DNA of 64,000 nucleotides. It comes from Macrostomum lignano. Taxonomy: Eukaryota. The stretch spans positions 310,001 through 374,000 of the forward strand of contig NIVC01000672.1 of the NCBI GenBank assembly GCA_002269645.1. The letters are read 5' to 3'. The stretch's first letter is position 1. Every line of letters starts with the position of its first letter. Below are positions 48,101 through 60,195 of this stretch, in pieces. The notes beneath the pieces were generated by a model, which worked only from the letters and a program-made list of their open reading frames with translations, searched no databases and was not told the DNA's origin. The translations under genes and the position numbers were made by a program.

Positions 48101-48585
48101 ACAACATATACATCAGTTAATTACTGCGACAACAATAATGTAGAAAAAGGAAAAACTTTCTCTCAAATCCGCTACTGCAAGTAGTGTGCTAAGCGCCTTA
48201 CTAGTTTAACAGCTCCAAACTGCTTGAATTTAATGGATAAAAAACAAAACCAATAAAAATGAAAAATGAAAGTAAGTCGAGCACTTATAGTCTACTAACA
48301 GTAGCTAAGATGCAAATCATAGACAGAAAAGAGACGGCCGGTTAAATATGTCTAACTAAGCAATAAAGTTGCAGGATTTTAACAAATACAAGGACAACAA
48401 CAGCAACAAGAGAAGATGGGCGGCTGTGGGAATGCAGAGTGGCTGGTCGAATTCTCACGTGACTCGGGGGCTAATGGGGCAATCAAGTCCATTCTAACAC
48501 CCAGCCAGTAGCCCAGTCTATCGATATAATCTAGCTAAAATACGCTGCAAGCTACTGTTAGTAGGCAAATCCTAATCAAAGCTAC

Positions 48586-51500
48586 TCAGCGGTTTTTCAT
48601 ATCCACTTGGACTCGCTTGGTCACGCGGCCGGCGCAGATGCCGACAACCAGCAGACCGAGGACCAGCAGCAGCCCCACCAGCAGGAAGTACATCCGGGAT
48701 GGCGAGGCCGACATCTGCCCCATCACGTCGCGCAGACTCTCCGGAGGGGCGGCCTTGAAGGCGGCCTCCATGATGTCCACGCGCTCCTTGAGGCGGTCGC
48801 GGCAGCGCTTGGAGATCATCTGGTTGGCCTGGCTGTCCTTGAACAGGCTGACTGCGCAGGACATCTGCCGGCCGTTGCCCAGCGGCACGCCGCGGCACAG
48901 GTTGCGGATCTCGAAGGAGCAGGCCTGGTACAACACCGGGTCCACGTGGATGTCGGCGCCCATGTCCTTGAACAGCAGCAGCACCTCGTGACGGCAGGCC
49001 GCGTGCTCCTTGGGGATTTTGTCCTGGGCGGCGGCCCGCTTCAAGCACTCGGTGACGCCCAGCAGGCTGCCGCCGGCGCCCGTCTCCGGCTCGGCGTCCG
49101 CGGCCTCCTCCTGGCAGAGCTGCTGCACCACCGGCTTGCAGGCGCGGGCCAGGCGCGGCTCCAACCGGTAGTTCATGTTGTACTCGAACAGGATGTCACG
49201 CAGGTAGCGGTGGCAGCGCTGCCGCAGCGGCTGCTTGCCCTCGGTGCTGACGCGGCGCAGGCACTGCATCACCGTGTCCTGCAGCTGGTCCTGCGTGGAC
49301 TTGAACCGGTTGTCCCCAGCCGACTTCAGCTCCTTGGAGCAGTACCTGGCGATGCAGAGTGACACATGGGAATGCAGAGTGGCACATGGGAATGCAGAGT
49401 GGCACATGGGAATGCAGAGTGGCACATGGGAATGCAGAGTGGCACATGGGAATGCAGAGTGGCACATGGGAATGCAGAGTGACACATGGGAATGCAGAGT
49501 GGCACATGGGAATGCAGAGTGGCACATGGGAATGCAGAGTGGCACATGGGAATGCAGAGTGACACATGGGAGTGCAGAGTGACACATGGGATGGGAATGC
49601 AGAGTGACACATGGGAGTGCAGAGTGACACATGACAATGGATAGTGACACAGCATCACTGACAGACACATCAAACACTAGAAAGTGACACACTATCAATG
49701 CGGAGTGACACACTATCAATGCGGAGTGACACACTATCAATGCGGAGTGACACGCTATAAATGCGGAGTGAAACACTATCAATGCGGAGTGACACGCTAT
49801 AAATGCGGAGTGACACACTATCAATGCGGAGTGACACACTATCACTGCGGAGTGACACACTATCAATGCGGAGTGACACACTATCAATGCGGAGTGACAC
49901 ACTATCAATGCGGAGTGACACACTATCAATGCGGAGTGACACACTATCAATGCAGAGTGACACAATATCACTGCGGAGTGACACACTATCACTGCGGAGT
50001 GACACACTATCAGTGCGGAGTGCTCACTTGGTGATGTCGCGCCGGCAGGCCCTCTTAAGCTCCGGGTTGAGCTCATAGTCGGTCTGCTGCACGCGCAGCC
50101 GCTTGTAGATGACCCTGCGGCAGCGCTTGTCAAAGTCATCGTCGTGCATTCGCTCGCGCAGGCAGGTGAACAGCTCGGTGGGGTTGCCGGCCTTCTCGGA
50201 GCAGTGCTGGCTGATCATGGCCCGGCAGCGCTTCATCAGCCTGGCATCGTAGGTCGGCATGTCCATCTGCATCTTCTGCCGGCGGAACACCACCCGGTGG
50301 CAGCGGGGGCTGAGGCTGCGGACATTGTCCTTCAGGCAGGCCAGCGGGTCGGCGGCGTCGCTGCAGACGCTCTCCAGGTCGGCTTTGCAGGCCCGCTGGA
50401 GCCGGGGGTCCAGGTCCACGGACTGGCCGCGCTGCAGCATCTCGAAGGTGAGCTTGGCGCGGCACTTGGCCGGCACCCGCTGGGTCTGCTCAGTCAGGGT
50501 GTCGTTGCGCACCATCTCGGACAGGCAGCGGACGGCGTCCTTTTTGGTGGCCACGCCCGGACACTGGCCGGTGATGGTGGGGCCGCAGGCTTGCGAGAAG
50601 GCGTACGAGAAGCTCACGTCGTCCAGGGCGATGAGCTGGTGGTGCGCCACCCCGGCCCGGCACTTCTCCGGCATGTCGGGGTGCTTCAGCAGCCGGATGA
50701 GGCACTCCATGGTGGAGTCTGGGCGGGGTAAGAGGGGTAAGGAAAGGTAAGAGTTGTGATTGGGGTGCCACTTGTGTGATTGTTTACGGGTCGAGCTGTT
50801 GGTGGGTGATCACCGAGCTGTGGGTGGGTGATCACCGAGCTGTTGGTGGGTGATCACCGAGCTGTGGGTGGGTGATCACCGAGCTGTTGGTGGGTGATCA
50901 CCGAGCTGTGGGTGGGTGATCACCGAGCTGTTGGTGGGTGATCACCGAGCTGTGGGTGGGTGATCACCGAGCTGTGGGTGGGTGATCACTGAGCTGTTTG
51001 TGGGTGATCACCGAGCTGTGGGTGGGTGATCACCGAGCTGTTGGTTGGTGGGTGATCACCGAGCTGTGGGTGGGTGATCACCGAGCTGTTGGTTGGTGGG
51101 TGATCACCGAGCTGTGGGTGGGTGATCACCGAGCAGTGAGTGGGTGATCACCGAGCTGTGGGTGGGTGATCACTGAGCTGTTTGTGGGTGATCACCGAGC
51201 TGTGGGTGGGTGATCACCGAGCTGTTGGTTGGTGGGTGATCACCGAGCTGTGGGTGGGTGATCACCGAGATGTGAGTGTGTGATCACCAAGCTGTGGGTG
51301 GGTGATCACCGAGCTGTGGGTGGGTGATCACCGAGCTGTGGGAGGGTGATAACGTAGCAGTGGGTGGGTGATAACGTAGCAGTGGGTGGGTGATAACGTA
51401 GCAGTAGGAAACGCAAGCTCTGACGACGCCCTCACCCTCACCAGCTGATTCGGAGTCCTTGTTGCAGTGGGCCTGGGCAAAAGGCAGGCAGCTGCGCACC

Positions 51501-54500
51501 ATGATGGCATCGGGGCTCAGCCGGATGTCGCGGCTAGCGGCGGCTGTGAGTTCGCGGACGGCGGCCCTGCAGGACTCGGCGAGCTCCGGCAAGTTGTCCT
51601 GCAGACAGCGGAACTCTTTGCCAGTGCCGGAGTCTTTCATGCACCTGTTGGACAGGTCCGTGATGCAGGGCCCGTACAGCCGGGGGTCCAGCTTGACTCG
51701 GCTCGCCCGCTCCTCCAGGCTGCGGATCAGCTCCTTGCTGCAGTCCTGCGGCACTTTGCTGCGGGGTGGGTATTGGAAGGCTGGATGATGAAGCTGTACA
51801 AACTGCAGATTTGGAGAATTGGATGCTGGGAAATGGAGAATCGAAGGCTGTGGGATGGAGAATGGGAGGATGGAAATGAAGAATAGGATTCTTGGAAAGG
51901 AGATAGGGACGCTGGAAGTGGAGAATGGGAGGCTGGGGATGAACAATGGGAGGCTACGAGTAAGATGCTGGGAGATAAAGAATGGGATTCTTTGAGATGG
52001 AGAATGGGAAAATTGGGAGATTGAGAATTGGAAGCTGGAAGATGAAGAATAGGAGGCTAGGAGGCTGGTAGATTAAGAATGGGATTTTTTGAGATGGCCA
52101 GTAGGAGGCTAGGATGCTGGGAGATGAAGAATGGGATTTTTTGAGATGGCCAGTAGGAGGCTAGGATGCTGGGAGATGAAGAATGGGATTTTTTGAGATG
52201 GCCAGTAGGAGGCTAGGATGCTGGGAAATGAAGAATGGGATTTTTTGAGATGGCCAGTAGGAGGCTAGGATGCTGGGAGATGAAGAATGGGATTTTTTGA
52301 GATGGCCAGTAGGAGGCTAGGATGCTGGGATATGAAGAATGGGATTTTTTGAGATGGCCAGTAGGAGGCTAGGATGCTGGGAGATGAAGAATGGGATTTT
52401 TTGAGATGGCCAGTAGGAGGCTAGGATGCTGGGAAATGAAGAATGGGATTTTTTGAGATGGCCAGTAGGAGGCTAGGATGCTGGGAGATAAAGAATGAGA
52501 TTTTAGGAGATGTAGAATGGAAGGCTGGAAATTGAGAATGGGAGGCTGGTAGATGAGGCCGCCCACCTGTTGCCAGCCCTGTGCATGTGGTGGAAGAGGC
52601 AGTTGTAGACCACAGCGGCGGGCTGGTAGCCCTGGTCGCGGTCAGTCTGGAACCAGTCCTTGCTGGCGTTGCAGAGAGAGGCGGCCGGCTGCCTGCAGGC
52701 CCTGTACAGCCGGTCGTTGAGCTTGAAGTCGCGGTTCTCGAAGTACTCCAGCTCAGCGAGGCGGTCGGCGCACTCGCGGCCAACCGACTCGGGCTCGTTG
52801 GCAACGAGGGTCTTCAGGCAGACGTAGCCATTCTTGTGCTCCGAGCGGGCGCACTTCGAGTCCAGCTCGCCGCGACAGCTCTCGGTCAGCACCGGGTCCA
52901 CCTGCAGGTTCCTGGTTGGCATGGCAACCCGCAGCAGCTTGGCGACGGCGGCGCCGCATTCGGCCACGCTGTCGGGGTCCGTGGCCTCCTGCACTCGGCG
53001 CATGATGCAGTGCAGCAGCTGCTGGTCGTGGACGGACTCCTCCTTGCGGCAGTACTCAATCTGCGGTGAGCACTTCTTCTTCAGCTCTGGCTCCAGCTCC
53101 GGCTCCGACAGGTACTCGGCCCGCACCTGCGGGTTCCCGAGCAGATGGCTGGCTTGGCCCGTGGGATTTCGGATTGCATGACTTTCCTGACTGACTGGAT
53201 TATCCCATAGGGAGATTATCTCTAGACTGGATTATCCTATAGGGAGATTAATTACCATTTAAAGCCAATTTCCATATTAAATTACCCCCCCAGTGAAGAA
53301 AAGCTTTCCCAACATTCCCAAACAGCCCAGGACAAACCTTGAGCATCTGGCGCTTGCACTCGGTGTCCACAGCTTCTGCGCCCTGGGTCATGATGGCGTT
53401 CTCCAAGCACAGCAGCGCCCGCACCATCCCGTGCTCCTTGGTGTCATCCTCGCTGCCCACGTCGCATTCGTGCTTCTTCAAGTCGTCCTGGCAGGCCTGG
53501 GCGAACCGGTGCTCAACCCTGTAGTCGTACTGCATCAGCGAGTGCACCCGCTGCAGCTCCTTCTTGCAGCCACCGGACAGCGAGTCGGGCGCCTGCCGGC
53601 CAAGGCAGCTGAACACCCGGCCGTCGCCTGAGGTGACGTCACCGCAGAGGCGCTCGCGGTCCTCGCGGCAGGCGTAGAACAGCTGCCTGTCGTTTTGGAA
53701 ATCGTCCGACTGCAGCTCAGCGAGGCGGAGCAGCTGGTGGCGGCAGGACTTGCCGAGGTCGCTGGCCCTGCGGCTCAGGCAGGCGATGGTCTTGCCCTGC
53801 AAGGGTGCGGGGTGCGGTGAGGCTTGTCTGGAGGTTCTGGGGTGCGGTGAGGCTTGTCTGGAGGTTCCGGGGTGCGGTGAGGCTTGTCTGAAGGTTCCGG
53901 GGTGCGGTGAGGCTTGTCTGAAGGTTCCGGGGTGCGGTGAGGCTTGTCTGGAGGTTCCGGGATGCAGTGAGGCTTGTCTGGATGGAGGTTCCGGGATGCA
54001 GTGAGGCTTGTCTGGATGGAGGTTCCGGGGTGCGGTGAGGCTTGTCTGAAGGTTCTGGGGTGCGGTGAGGCTTGTCTGGAGGTTCCGGGGTGCGGTGAGG
54101 CTTGTCTGGAGGTTCCGGGGTGCGGTGAGGCTTGTCTGAAGGTTCCGGGGTGCGGTGAGGCTTGTCTGGAGGTTCCGGGGTGCGGTGAGGCTTGTCTGGA
54201 TGGAGGTTCCGGGATGCAGTGAGGCTTGTCTGGATGGAGGTTCCGGGGTGCGGTGAGGCTTGTCTGAAGGTTCTGGGGTGCGGTGAGGCTTGTCTGGAGG
54301 TTCCGGGGTGCGGTGAGGCTTGTCTGGAGGTTCCGGGGTGCGGTGAGGCTTGTCTGAAGGTTCCGGGGTGCGGTGAGGCTTGTCTGAAGGTTCCGGGGTG
54401 CGGTGAGGCTTGTCTGAAGGTTCCGGGGTGCGGTGAGGCTTGTCTGGAGGTTCCGGGATGCAGTGAGGCTTGTCTGGATGGAGGTTCCGGGATGCAGTGA

Positions 54501-57500
54501 GGCTTGTCTGGATGGAGGTTCCGGGGTGCGGTGAGGCTTGTCTGAAGGTTCTGGGGTGCGGTGAGGCTTGTCTGGAGGTTCCGGGGTGCGGTGAGGCTTG
54601 TCTGGAGGTTCCGGGGTGCGGTGAGGCTTGTCTGAAGGTTCCGGGGTGCGGTGAGGCTTGTCTGGAGGTTCCGGGGTGCGGTGAGGCTTGTCTGGATGGA
54701 GGTTCCGGGATGCAGTGAGGCTTGTCTGGATGGAGGTTCCGGGGTGCGGTGAGGCTTGTCTGAAGGTTCTGGGGTGCGGTGAGGCTTGTCTGGAGGTTCC
54801 GGGGTGCGGTGAGGCTTGTCTGGAGGTTCCGGGGTGCGGTGAGGCTTGTCTGAAGGTTCCGGGGTGCGGTGAGGCTTGTCTGGAGGTTCCGGGGTGCGGT
54901 GAGGCTTGTCTGGATGGAGGTTCCGGGGTGCGGTGAGGCTTGTCTGGAGGTTCCGGGGTGCGGTGAGGCTTGTCTGGAGGTTCCAGGTTGTGTTGGAAGG
55001 TTTCAGGGTGGTGTTGGAAGGTTTCAGGGTTGTGTTGGAAGGTTTCAGGGTTGTGTTGGAAGGTTTCAGGGTTGTGTTGGAAGGTTTCAGGGTTGTCAGG
55101 TTCCAATTTCCAATATCCTGCTCAGAGCTAGAAATTTCATTGCTCATCCAAGCTCCCAGCCCACCTGGCTCTTCGGCAGGCTGTTCTCAACTTCCTCAGC
55201 TTCCGTTGAAGGCTGGGTGCCGAGGCGGCCGCAGCGCAGCCGTTGCACATCCTCGGAGCAGGCCTTGGCGAAGGGCCGGACCAGCCGGAAGTCGCTGAAC
55301 ACGATGGGCTCCAGGCGCCTGAGCAGGGCCACGCAGTCCGGGGATCGAACCTTGCGGCTGTTCTCGATCAGGCAGGAGACGCGCAGGCCCTGGCCGGGCT
55401 GCAGGCCGTTGCAGTCGCTCAGGCGCTGCAGGTCCTCCTGGCAGGCACCGTTGGCGGCCAAGTCAAACTTGACATTGTGGGTGAGGTTGAACTTCAGCTG
55501 CCAGATCTCATGCTGGCAGGCGGAGGGGACGCGGTCGGCCACGGACTGGTCCCGCTGCAGGCAGTCCAGCACGGCGAAGTTGTTGTCCAGCACGGAGCGG
55601 CTGCACAGCAAGCGGACGGTGGCCGCGCACGCCTCCGAGTCGGACAGCAGCTGCTTCGGCCACGGGGACCGGCGGGGCGACGCGGCGGCGGGGGCGGCGG
55701 GAGCGGCCGGGGCGGAATCGACAGCCTCCTTGATTTTCGGGCGAGCCGGCGGCGGCTTCAGTGACGGCTTTTCGTCCTTGCGCCTGCAGAGTGGGAAGAA
55801 TGACTCTCCAGTGGGTCAGGGAATGACTCTCCAATGGGTCAGGGAGTGACTCTCCAATGGGTCAGGGAGTGACTCTCCAGTGGGTCAGGGAGTGACTCTC
55901 CAATGGGTCAGGGAGTGACTCTCCAGTGGGTCAGGGAGTGACTCTCCAGTGGGTCAGGGAGTGACTCTCCAGTGGGTCAGGGAGTGACTCTCCAATGGGT
56001 CAGGGAGTGACTCTCCAATGGGTCAGGGAGTGACTCTCCAGTGGGTCAGGGAATGACTCTCCAATGGGTCAGGGAGTGACTCTCCAGTGGATCAGGGAGT
56101 GACTCTCCAGTGGGTCAGGGAGTGACTCTCCAGTGGGTCAGGGAGTGACTCTCCAATGGGTCAGGGAGTGACTCTCCAGTGGGTCAGGGAATGACTCTCC
56201 AATGGGTCAGGGAGTGACTCTCCAGTGGGTCAGGGAGTGACTCTCCAGTGGGTCAGGGAGTGACTCTCCAGTGGGTCAGGGAATGACTCTCCAATGGGTC
56301 AGGGAGTGACTCTCCAGTGGGTCAGGGAGTGACTCTCCAATGGGTCAGGGAGTGACTCTCCAATGGGTCAGGGAGTGACTCTCCAGTGGGTCAGGGAATG
56401 ACTCTCCAATGGGTCAGGGAGTGACTCTCCAGTGGGTCAGGGAGTGACTCTCCAGTGGGTCAGGGAGTGACTCTCCAATGGGTCAGGGAGTGACTCTCCA
56501 GTGGGTCAGGGAATGACTCTCCAATGGGTCAGGGAGTGACTCTCCAGTGGGTCAGGGAGTGACTCTCCAGTGGGTCAGGGAGTGACTCTCCAGTGGGTCA
56601 GGGAATGACTCTCCAATGGGTCAGGGAGTGACTCTCCAATGGGTCAGGGAGTGACTCTCCAGTGGGTCAGGGAGTGACTCTCCAGTGGGTCAGGGAGTGA
56701 CTCTCCAATGGGTCAGGGAGTGACTCTCCAATGGGTCAGGGAGTGACTCTCCAGTGGGTCAGGGAGTGACTCTCCAGTGGGTCAGGGAGTGACTCTCCAG
56801 TAGGTCAGGGAGTGACTCTCCAGTGGGTCAGGGAGTGACTCTCCAATGGGTCAGGGAGTGACTCTCCAGTGGGTCAGGGAGTGACTCTCCAGTGGGTCAG
56901 GGAGTGACTCTCCAATGGGTCAGGGAGTGACTCTCCAGTGGGTCAGGGAGTGACTCTCCAATGGGTCAGGGAGTGACTCTCCAGTGGGTCAGGGAGTGAC
57001 TCTCCAATGGGTCAGGGAGTGACTCTCCAATGGGTCAGGGAGTGACTCTCCAATGGGTCAGGGAGTGACTCTCCAGTAGGTCAGGGAGTGACTCTCCAAT
57101 GGGTCAGGGAGTGACTCTCCAATGGATCAGGGAGTGACTCTCCAATGGGTCAGGGAGTGACTCTCCAATGGGTCAGGGAGTGACTCTCCAGTAGCTCAGG
57201 GAGTGACTCTCCAGTGGGTCAAGGAGTGACTCTCCAATGGGTCAGGGAGTGACTCTCCAATGGGTCAGGGAGTGACTCTCCAGTGGGTCAGGGAGTGACT
57301 CTCCAATGGGTCAGGGAGTGACTCTCCAGTGGGTCAGGGAGTGACTCTCCAGTGGGTCAGGGAGTGACTCTCCAATGGGTCAGGGAGTGACTCTCCAATG
57401 GGTCAGGGAGTGACTCTCCAATGGGTCAGGGAGTGACTCTCCAGTAGGTCAGGGAGTGACTCTCCAATGGGTCAGGGAGTGACTCTCCAATGGATCAGGG

Positions 57501-57977
57501 AGTGACTCTCCAATGGGTCAGGGAGTGACTCTCCAATGGGTCAGGGAGTGACTCTCCAGTAGCTCAGGGAGTGACTCTCCAGTGGGTCAGGGAGTGACTC
57601 TCCAGTGGGTCAGGGAGTGACTCTCCAGTGGGTCAGGGAGTGACTCTCCAGTGGGTCAGGGAGTGACTCTCCAGTGGGTCAGAGAGTGACTCTAATGGGT
57701 CAGGGCGTGACTAATAGGCAAGGACTGAAAATAATGATCAATCAACTTAGCGACTCAACCGGGATTCGCACAGAGAGAAGTTCATAACGAGAGCCTCACC
57801 TGTCGTGACCCTCATCAGCAGCAGCAACGGCCTCAACAATTCGGCTTTTAGGCCGCGGTGTTGGCTGCACCTGGGCAGCAGCAGCATCTGGACTATCGAG
57901 TCTGGCGGGTTTCCGGCGATGGGCAGCAGCTGCACTGTCCACTGCAGCCTCCTCATCAGCTGGCGGCGGTGGCGCAC
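48586..57977 (-). CDS. GLG1: Golgi apparatus protein 1 (cysteine-rich FGF receptor / ESL-1), spliced; signal-peptide exon not located
   Basis: Seven in-phase GT-AG exons on the minus strand: 57977-57800, 55783-55165, 53796-53338, 53126-52567, 51758-51442, 50718-50028, 49345-48586 (~1190 aa). Multiple GLG1 Cys-rich repeats (e.g. DFQNDRQLFYACREDRERLC, DVKLDP-like VKLDPRLYGPC), a C-terminal TM helix (YFLLVGLLLVLGLLVVGICAG) and a short tail RVTKRVQVDMKNR. Confidence 0.93.
49350..50020 (+). repeat. Two adjacent intronic minisatellites: 20-nt (ggcacatgggaatgcagagt)n at ~49350-49630 and 21-nt (cactatcaatgcggagtgaca)n at ~49680-50020
   Basis: Direct reading; together they fill the last GLG1 intron. 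Confidence 0.93.
50790..51400 (+). repeat. 22-nt intronic minisatellite (ctgtgggtgggtgatcaccgag)n
   Basis: Direct reading. Confidence 0.93.
52075..52500 (+). repeat. 52-nt intronic minisatellite (gatggccagtaggaggctaggatgctgggagatgaagaatgggattttttga)n
   Basis: Direct reading, period 52. Confidence 0.93.
53810..55100 (+). repeat. Intronic minisatellites: 30/34-nt (ggggtgcggtgaggcttgtctggaggttcc)n to ~54990, then 21-nt (gggttgtgttggaaggtttca)n
   Basis: Direct reading. Confidence 0.95.
55800..57710 (+). repeat. 23-nt intronic minisatellite (gggtcagggagtgactctcca[a/g]t)n, ~1.9 kb
   Basis: Direct reading. Confidence 0.97.
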
Positions 57978-58738
57978 CTAAGAATCAATGCACAGTGTGA
58001 GCAGTATGAGCAAAAGAATTTATCTGCAATTATAGTCTAAACTGTCCCATTGCATGGTCTGAATGGATAAAAAGTAAAGTTATTGAAGCCAAAATTTTGC
58101 TTGATTGATGGTGGGAAACAGACAAAATTTATAAATTGACAGTTTTTTTTGCTATTTTTACTATTGTTACAATTTCATTTACATTTTGAAAAGAAACTTT
58201 TGAATAAGCTTAAGGTTTTCTATTAGGAAAGTTTTATATCAATAAGACCAACATTAGTTAAAAACACAAAAATTAATTAACTTAAGGTTTTATAAAGACA
58301 ATAATTTTTTAAGATTTAAGAATATTCAATAACAAAGAACAAAACTTTTCTAATTTGATGCAATTTTTATCGTCTCAGCATAGTAGCAATTAAATTAAGA
58401 CATTAAGTCAAAAATTATACTTAGAATTAAGACTTAAATTGTATACAAACAGATAGACAAATCTTAGGATATATATTATAGGTAGATACATACTTTGGTA
58501 CTATATATACTTAGACCTATATTTAAGTTCATGGTAATATACCAGTATATGCATGATTATACTAAAAAGTTTATATATAATCATTTATAAAAACTCTTAT
58601 ATGTGCAAAAAGTAAAAAGTAAAATATTATTATTATTTTTAATTACACACAATGTCATTAAGTATTATATTATGATATAACTTCTTTTTAGATAGCATGA
58701 GTTAAGTAGCATTAGCAAGATTTTGTTTGGCTCAAAAG

Positions 58739-58920
58739 CAAGGGCATAGGGAAGGAGGGATGGGGGGATGTATCCCCCAAAGACCAAAACTTTTTTGTTG
58801 CCCTTTGTTGCTATACATGCTACCATGTGACTGTCATAGCACTTTGACCTTGGTGCATCCCCCCATAGAAAATTCACCTTGGTGCATCCCCCCCATAGGA
58901 AATTCCTGGCTATGCCCCTG
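58739..58920. mobile_element. 182-bp hAT-type MITE
   Basis: Termini CAAGGGCATAG...CTATGCCCCTG; 8-bp TSD CTCAAAAG at 58731-58738 and 58921-58928. Confidence 0.8.
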
Positions 58921-59204
58921 CTCAAAAGTAACATAGCTTAAAATTCCTTTGCAGAACAAAGTAGTTAATTTTAAGGAAATACTTGATCTTTTAACAATTT
59001 ACAATTTATAGTATTTTGCCAGATTGTGATATCATCAGTTATACTAAAAATGAAAAAATCTAAATATACTAAATCTCTAAGGTTTGTATATCTATAATGC
59101 TCTAGAGATTTAAATTCTTGGCCGATTTTCTTCAACCAGTTATACTAAAAATGAAAAAATGGTTTGCTTGCTTGCTTGTGGTAGGCCTATATATTTCTAA
59201 AATA

Positions 59205-60195
59205 TGAGAGGTGTCCAAAAAGTAGTGATACTTTTAACCATAGCTCTCATTCTATAGCTTCATATGATTTAAAATTTTATGAACTGATAGCGGAAAATCT
59301 TCTAAAGGACTACTTTTTGAATTTAAAAAATTAATACTAGAGAACAAAAGTTATACCTACAAAAGTAACAGCATCTATACCATAGAGTTACACAAACTAT
59401 ATCAAAATTTATAATAGTCAAGTTCTGTACTCATTCATTAAGAAGGCATTGATAAATGTCTTATTTAAGTAATACCAAGGCCCCATTACAAAATGATGCT
59501 CATTGTGACTAAGTGAAATTTGTCTATGGATGGGATCATGCGCAGAAAAATAAAGCATTAAATTCATTACTTTATTTGCAAACAGAGGAGCTTGCATTTT
59601 GCCATTGTTCATGATTTTATTGCCCATACTCAACAACACACATGGATGTGCACTCAGTTATTGCTCAGCAAAGTACTATCTTCACTCTTTGGGACATTAG
59701 CCATAGTGCCTCAGAAATTTATGCAAAACCTTGCTCTGCTCATAGATCCTCTGCAGTCAGCAAAATGACAGTTTATCAATGGATGGAACAGTTTAGTGAG
59801 AGAAGGACTGACTTGGCAGATCAGCATCAGACAGGATGGCCATATGTTCATCAACCTGATGTACTGGCAGACTATTCTGGATCTTCTTGACAAGGACTCC
59901 CAAATGACCATTAGAGAGTTGAGAGATTGCTGACAGGTTGGACAAGCTGAAATCAACAATTCATCGAAGCTTACTTGGCATGGACCTTGTAGAGCTTAGC
60001 CTATAATTTGTGTAGAGTTAACAAGTACTATTACTTTTATAGGTATAACTTTTGTAATCTGGTATCAATTTTAAAAATTCCAAAAGCAGTCTGTAGAAGA
60101 GATTTGCTGCTATCAGTTCAAAAAATTTTGAATCACAGGAAGCTATAGAATGAGAGCTATGGTTAAAAGTATGACTACTTTTTGGATACCCCTTG
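59205..60195 (+). mobile_element. Non-autonomous mariner-like element with ~200-bp TIRs and TA TSD
   Basis: ~59205-59400 is an imperfect inverted repeat of ~60000-60195; TA at 59203-59204 and 60196-60197. Internal ORF 59642-59890 (SASEIYAKPCSAHRSSAVSKMTVYQWMEQFSERRTDLAD..QTGWP) resembles the mariner N-terminal HTH. Confidence 0.88.
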
